Below, piece after piece: positions 44,491 through 47,122 of a stretch of DNA of 47,122 nucleotides. Source of the DNA: an uncultured Candidatus Sericytochromatia bacterium (GTDB lineage: Bacteria; Cyanobacteriota; Sericytochromatia; UBA7694). The position numbers and the translations under genes are program-made. The stretch's first letter is position 1, and each line of letters starts with the position of its first letter. The stretch lies in contig CAZRFI010000001.1 in assembly GCA_964598905.1 (NCBI GenBank), positions 24,341 to 71,462 on the forward strand, given 5' to 3'. The notes below the pieces were generated by a model. That model did no database searches. It saw nothing but the letters and a program-made list of their open reading frames with translations, and was not told where the DNA came from.

Positions 44491-45174
44491 TTAAATAACT
44501 GCGGCAGCTTGAAGCTGAGAGGCAATTTCGGCCAAAATGGCATTCATACCATTGAGGTCTCCACCTGCACGAATGGCAGCACCAACACCGATGCCCTGGG
44601 CACCCGTGGCAATCGCTGAAGACAGATTGCCTGCATGCAGCTTGCCGCTGACCAAAACAGGAATGCTCACGGCTTCACGGATGGGAGCCACATGGCTGAG
44701 ATCACCGGAAATATTTTCAATTTGCAACAGGTCGGCCCCTGCCGCTTCGATTTGGCGAGCCAAATCGATTTGGGTTTGCAGATCGAGCACACCTGGAACC
44801 GTCACACAGACGGGAACACGGCCCTGTATCAAAGTGGTCAATTCGCGGGTCCACTGCAATACCATTTCGGGCGAAATTAATGCGCATCTTTCATAGATGG
44901 GAGCAAAATTTCCCAGTTCAACGAGGTCGGTGCCCCATTCGAGGGAATCTGCGAGCTCGGCAGGCGAGAGTGAAGAGACAAAAACCAAGAGATCGGTATT
45001 GGCTTTGACCCATTTGACACTTTCGGCATGAACAGAGAGGTCGATCGAAATTGCATTCCCCTGAGCGGCCTGTGCAACGGTCCGAATTTCCTCGGCATTA
45101 AAGTTTTCAATCCCGGCAATCACTTTGAGAAAGGGTTTTTGGGCCAATAAACGGGCCAGAGTTGGATGTGTCAC
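44491..45174 (-). CDS. Ycf23/DUF561-family TIM-barrel protein
   Basis: Collinear with cyanobacterial/plastid Ycf23 as recalled (LKVIAGIENFNAEEI.., DLVELGNF, VCVTVPG, AGADLLQ, PVLVSG, GAQGIGVGAAI). The start is set at GTG 45174, with an AAGGAG RBS 8 nt upstream. The track start is 45264. Confidence 0.7.
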   Translation of the reverse strand: MTHPTLARLLAQKPFLKVIAGIENFNAEEIRTVAQAAQGNAISIDLSVHAESVKWVKANTDLLVFVSSLSPAELADSLEWGTDLVELGNFAPIYERCALISPEMVLQWTRELTTLIQGRVPVCVTVPGVLDLQTQIDLARQIEAAGADLLQIENISGDLSHVAPIREAVSIPVLVSGKLHAGNLSSAIATGAQGIGVGAAIRAGGDLNGMNAILAEIASQLQAAAVI

Positions 45175-45351
45175 GCGGAGGCTCCTTTTTAAACATCTTT
45201 GAAGTTCTTTTAACCTGACCGGAAGCCCGCTCAGGACATCCCTCAGGATAGCACAGAATCCCAAATTCGTCTCTCAGAAAGACCTCTGCAAAAGCCCAAA
45301 CATGTTATCTTTGTTTAAGACACGCTCACGTCTGTTAAAAGCGAGGCCACC

Positions 45352-47122
45352 ATGAAACGCTTCTCCATCCCTTTCACCCCCAATGCCCTTTTGGCGCTCT
45401 TGCTGCTCAGTTCTCCGCAATTGGCCCAACGCCCCACTCAGGCCCAAACATTGCCAGCTATCCCCAATCAAGCCAATGTATCTTCGGCCCCTATGCGCAT
45501 GGTCATTTTGCCGTTTAAAAATATCACCCGTTTGCCCGAAGACGCCTGGATGGCAGAGAGCTTTTCCGAAAGCCTGACCATGAGCCTGACCCAAGTCAAT
45601 AGCCTGCAGGTGATTGAACGCAGCCAGATTCAGGCAGTTTTACAGGAACAGAGCTTTACCCAATCGGCTTTTGTTGACCCCCAAACTGCGCCAGAACTCG
45701 GCAAAATTTTGGGTGCGACCAAAGTTTTGATTGGCAATTACCAAAAAATTGGCCCAACCCTGGTGGTCAATACGCGGGTTGTGGATGTCGTTAGTGGTCA
45801 AATTGATCCGGGCTTAACGACTCAGGTGCAAGGCCCCTCTCAAGATGTTTTGGCTCTTCAATCCCAGCTCTCTCTGCGTTTTTTAAACAGCCTCAAAGTC
45901 AGTCCCAATTTAACGCTACCTAGCCTGACCCGGAATAGCGGGGCCTTTAATTTGTATATGCAGGCCCGAGATCAGGCCCGGCGAGGGAGCAGTGCCGATC
46001 TTGCTGCGGCCCAGCGCCTGTTAGATGGCGCGCTCAGAGCCGACCCGCGTTTTTTTGTGGCCCAGGCCAGTTACGCAGATATCCTGGCCCGCAGAGCCCA
46101 AGAGACCGAAGCGCCAGCTGAACGCCAGACCCTGCTCGATCGTTCTCTGCAAATGGCCCAGGCAGCTTTAAATTCAGGCGCAACACCTGCCCAGGTCTAT
46201 CCAGCGCTTGCCAACGTGTATATCGCCAGGGGAGAACGCAGCAAAGGCCTTGAAACCCTGCGTGAGGCACTTAAAGCTCACCCAGAAGACATCGACAGCC
46301 TTTTGAGCTACCTTCGCTTCAGTGACTCTGACCCTGACAGCCAACAGTCTGAACTCGAAGCGTTGGGCGTGGACATGGACAATCCCTGGGTGCAATTTGC
46401 CTTGGGCAGCCGCTACCTCAAACAGGCACAAATGGCCCTCGAACCTCAAACCGCCGGTGCTTTAAATTTGCTGCGCAAGGCCCAAACCCAATTGCCAGAT
46501 TATTCTCTGATACCTCTAAGAATTGGCGAAATTTATGTGCTTAATCAGGACTATGCCAAAGCAAATGAAGCCTTTAAATCTGCAATCGGCTTGGACCCGT
46601 CTAATTTTTTGGTCTATTTTCTGGCAGCACGGGCCCAACTCAGCGGTCCCAACCAGGCCCAAGTACAAAGCTGGCTGGAACGCAGCATTGCTCTCAACCC
46701 CCAATTTGGTTACAGTCAAATGACCCTGGGCTATTTCCACTCTCGCAATGGCAGAACAGATCTGGCTCTTGATTATTTTAAACAGGCCGAGGCCATTTTT
46801 CCAGACAATGCAGCCCTGGCTTTTGTGCGTGCCAAAAGCCATTTCACCCGACGCCAATACGAACAGGCCCGCCCCTTTTTGCTGATGGCTTTGCAAAAAA
46901 TAGGCAGTGATGCCACCGAACAAATTCCCAAAGGGGCCTTGTATTTTAAACTGGGTGAAGTTGAAGCCGATTCGGGTAACATTGCCGAAGCTATTCGCTA
47001 TTATACCCTTGCCACAGGCGAAGACAGGGCTCATAAAGCTTGGTCTTATCTCAAATTGGCCCGCATTTACTTAGCGCAGAACCAGCCAAAGGAATCCCGT
47101 CAGGCCTTTGAACGCTACCTAT
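45352..47122 (+). CDS. Secreted protein: CsgG/LpoB-like N-terminal domain plus TPR repeats (3' partial, runs off the window)
   Basis: This ORF is absent from the supplied track because it has no stop codon in the window. From ATG 45352 I translated MKRFSIPFTPNALLALLLLSSPQLAQ (signal peptide), then MVILPFKNITRLPEDAWMAESFSESLTMSL..VIERSQIQAVLQEQ..LGKILGATKVLIGNY. TPR-like repeats follow from about 45950 (checked in frame at 46021-46320). The minus-strand ORFs in 46034-47034 are shadows of it. Confidence 0.8.
   Translation, partial: MKRFSIPFTPNALLALLLLSSPQLAQRPTQAQTLPAIPNQANVSSAPMRMVILPFKNITRLPEDAWMAESFSESLTMSLTQVNSLQVIERSQIQAVLQEQSFTQSAFVDPQTAPELGKILGATKVLIGNYQKIGPTLVVNTRVVDVVSGQIDPGLTTQVQGPSQDVLALQSQLSLRFLNSLKVSPNLTLPSLTRNSGAFNLYMQARDQARRGSSADLAAAQRLLDGALRADPRFFVAQASYADILARRAQETEAPAERQTLLDRSLQMAQAALNSGATPAQVYPALANVYIARGERSKGLETLREALKAHPEDIDSLLSYLRFSDSDPDSQQSELEALGVDMDNPWVQFALGSRYLKQAQMALEPQTAGALNLLRKAQTQLPDYSLIPLRIGEIYVLNQDYAKANEAFKSAIGLDPSNFLVYFLAARAQLSGPNQAQVQSWLERSIALNPQFGYSQMTLGYFHSRNGRTDLALDYFKQAEAIFPDNAALAFVRAKSHFTRRQYEQARPFLLMALQKIGSDATEQIPKGALYFKLGEVEADSGNIAEAIRYYTLATGEDRAHKAWSYLKLARIYLAQNQPKESRQAFERYL

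Noticed and set aside
1-47122. Mobile elements, prophage, CRISPR arrays, toxin-antitoxin pairs, restriction-modification or known defence systems; also the tRNA as an island integration site.
   Set aside because: No transposase, integrase, recombinase, Cas, reverse transcriptase, methylase or nuclease signatures were seen in any ORF. I saw no spaced repeat array and no duplicated copy of the tRNA 3' end. Gene content on both sides of the tRNA looks chromosomal.

Overview
Gene-dense 47.1-kb chromosomal segment of a diderm (outer-membrane) bacterium. I can support about 35 CDS, one tRNA (CAU anticodon) and one c-di-GMP-I (GEMM-I) riboswitch. I saw no transposase, integrase, phage genes, CRISPR array or rRNA. 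Content mixes housekeeping genes (ppsA, gatA, gshA, nfuA, sbcC, ABC-F, LolD-like ATPase), envelope and secreted proteins (lipoproteins, S8 protease, CAP-domain lipoprotein, beta-barrel OMP, a large multidomain glycosyltransferase operon) and signalling genes (Cache-linked Ser/Thr kinase, FHA protein, tandem HD-GYP protein, orphan OmpR regulator). Several family hits (Ycf23/DUF561, DUF2997, CcmL/EutN) weakly hint at a cyanobacteria-related non-photosynthetic lineage, which cannot be proven here. The most unusual object is a 1143-aa ORF (21229-24660, minus). It fuses an apparently intact Leu/Val-type amino-acid dehydrogenase to a ValRS-like class I aminoacyl-tRNA-synthetase body whose HIGH, KMSKS and editing-site signatures are all degenerate. 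Other notable items: the riboswitch in front of a secreted subtilisin-like lipoprotein; an FHA plus tandem HD-GYP pair; a Cache-Ser/Thr kinase spaced for co-transcription with an sbcC that lacks sbcD; a 1379-aa tandem-DUF445 membrane protein; an orphan microcompartment vertex gene; and a response regulator / TPR-2OG-oxygenase / unknown-protein module. All family assignments come from motif recognition by eye. No database search was run.
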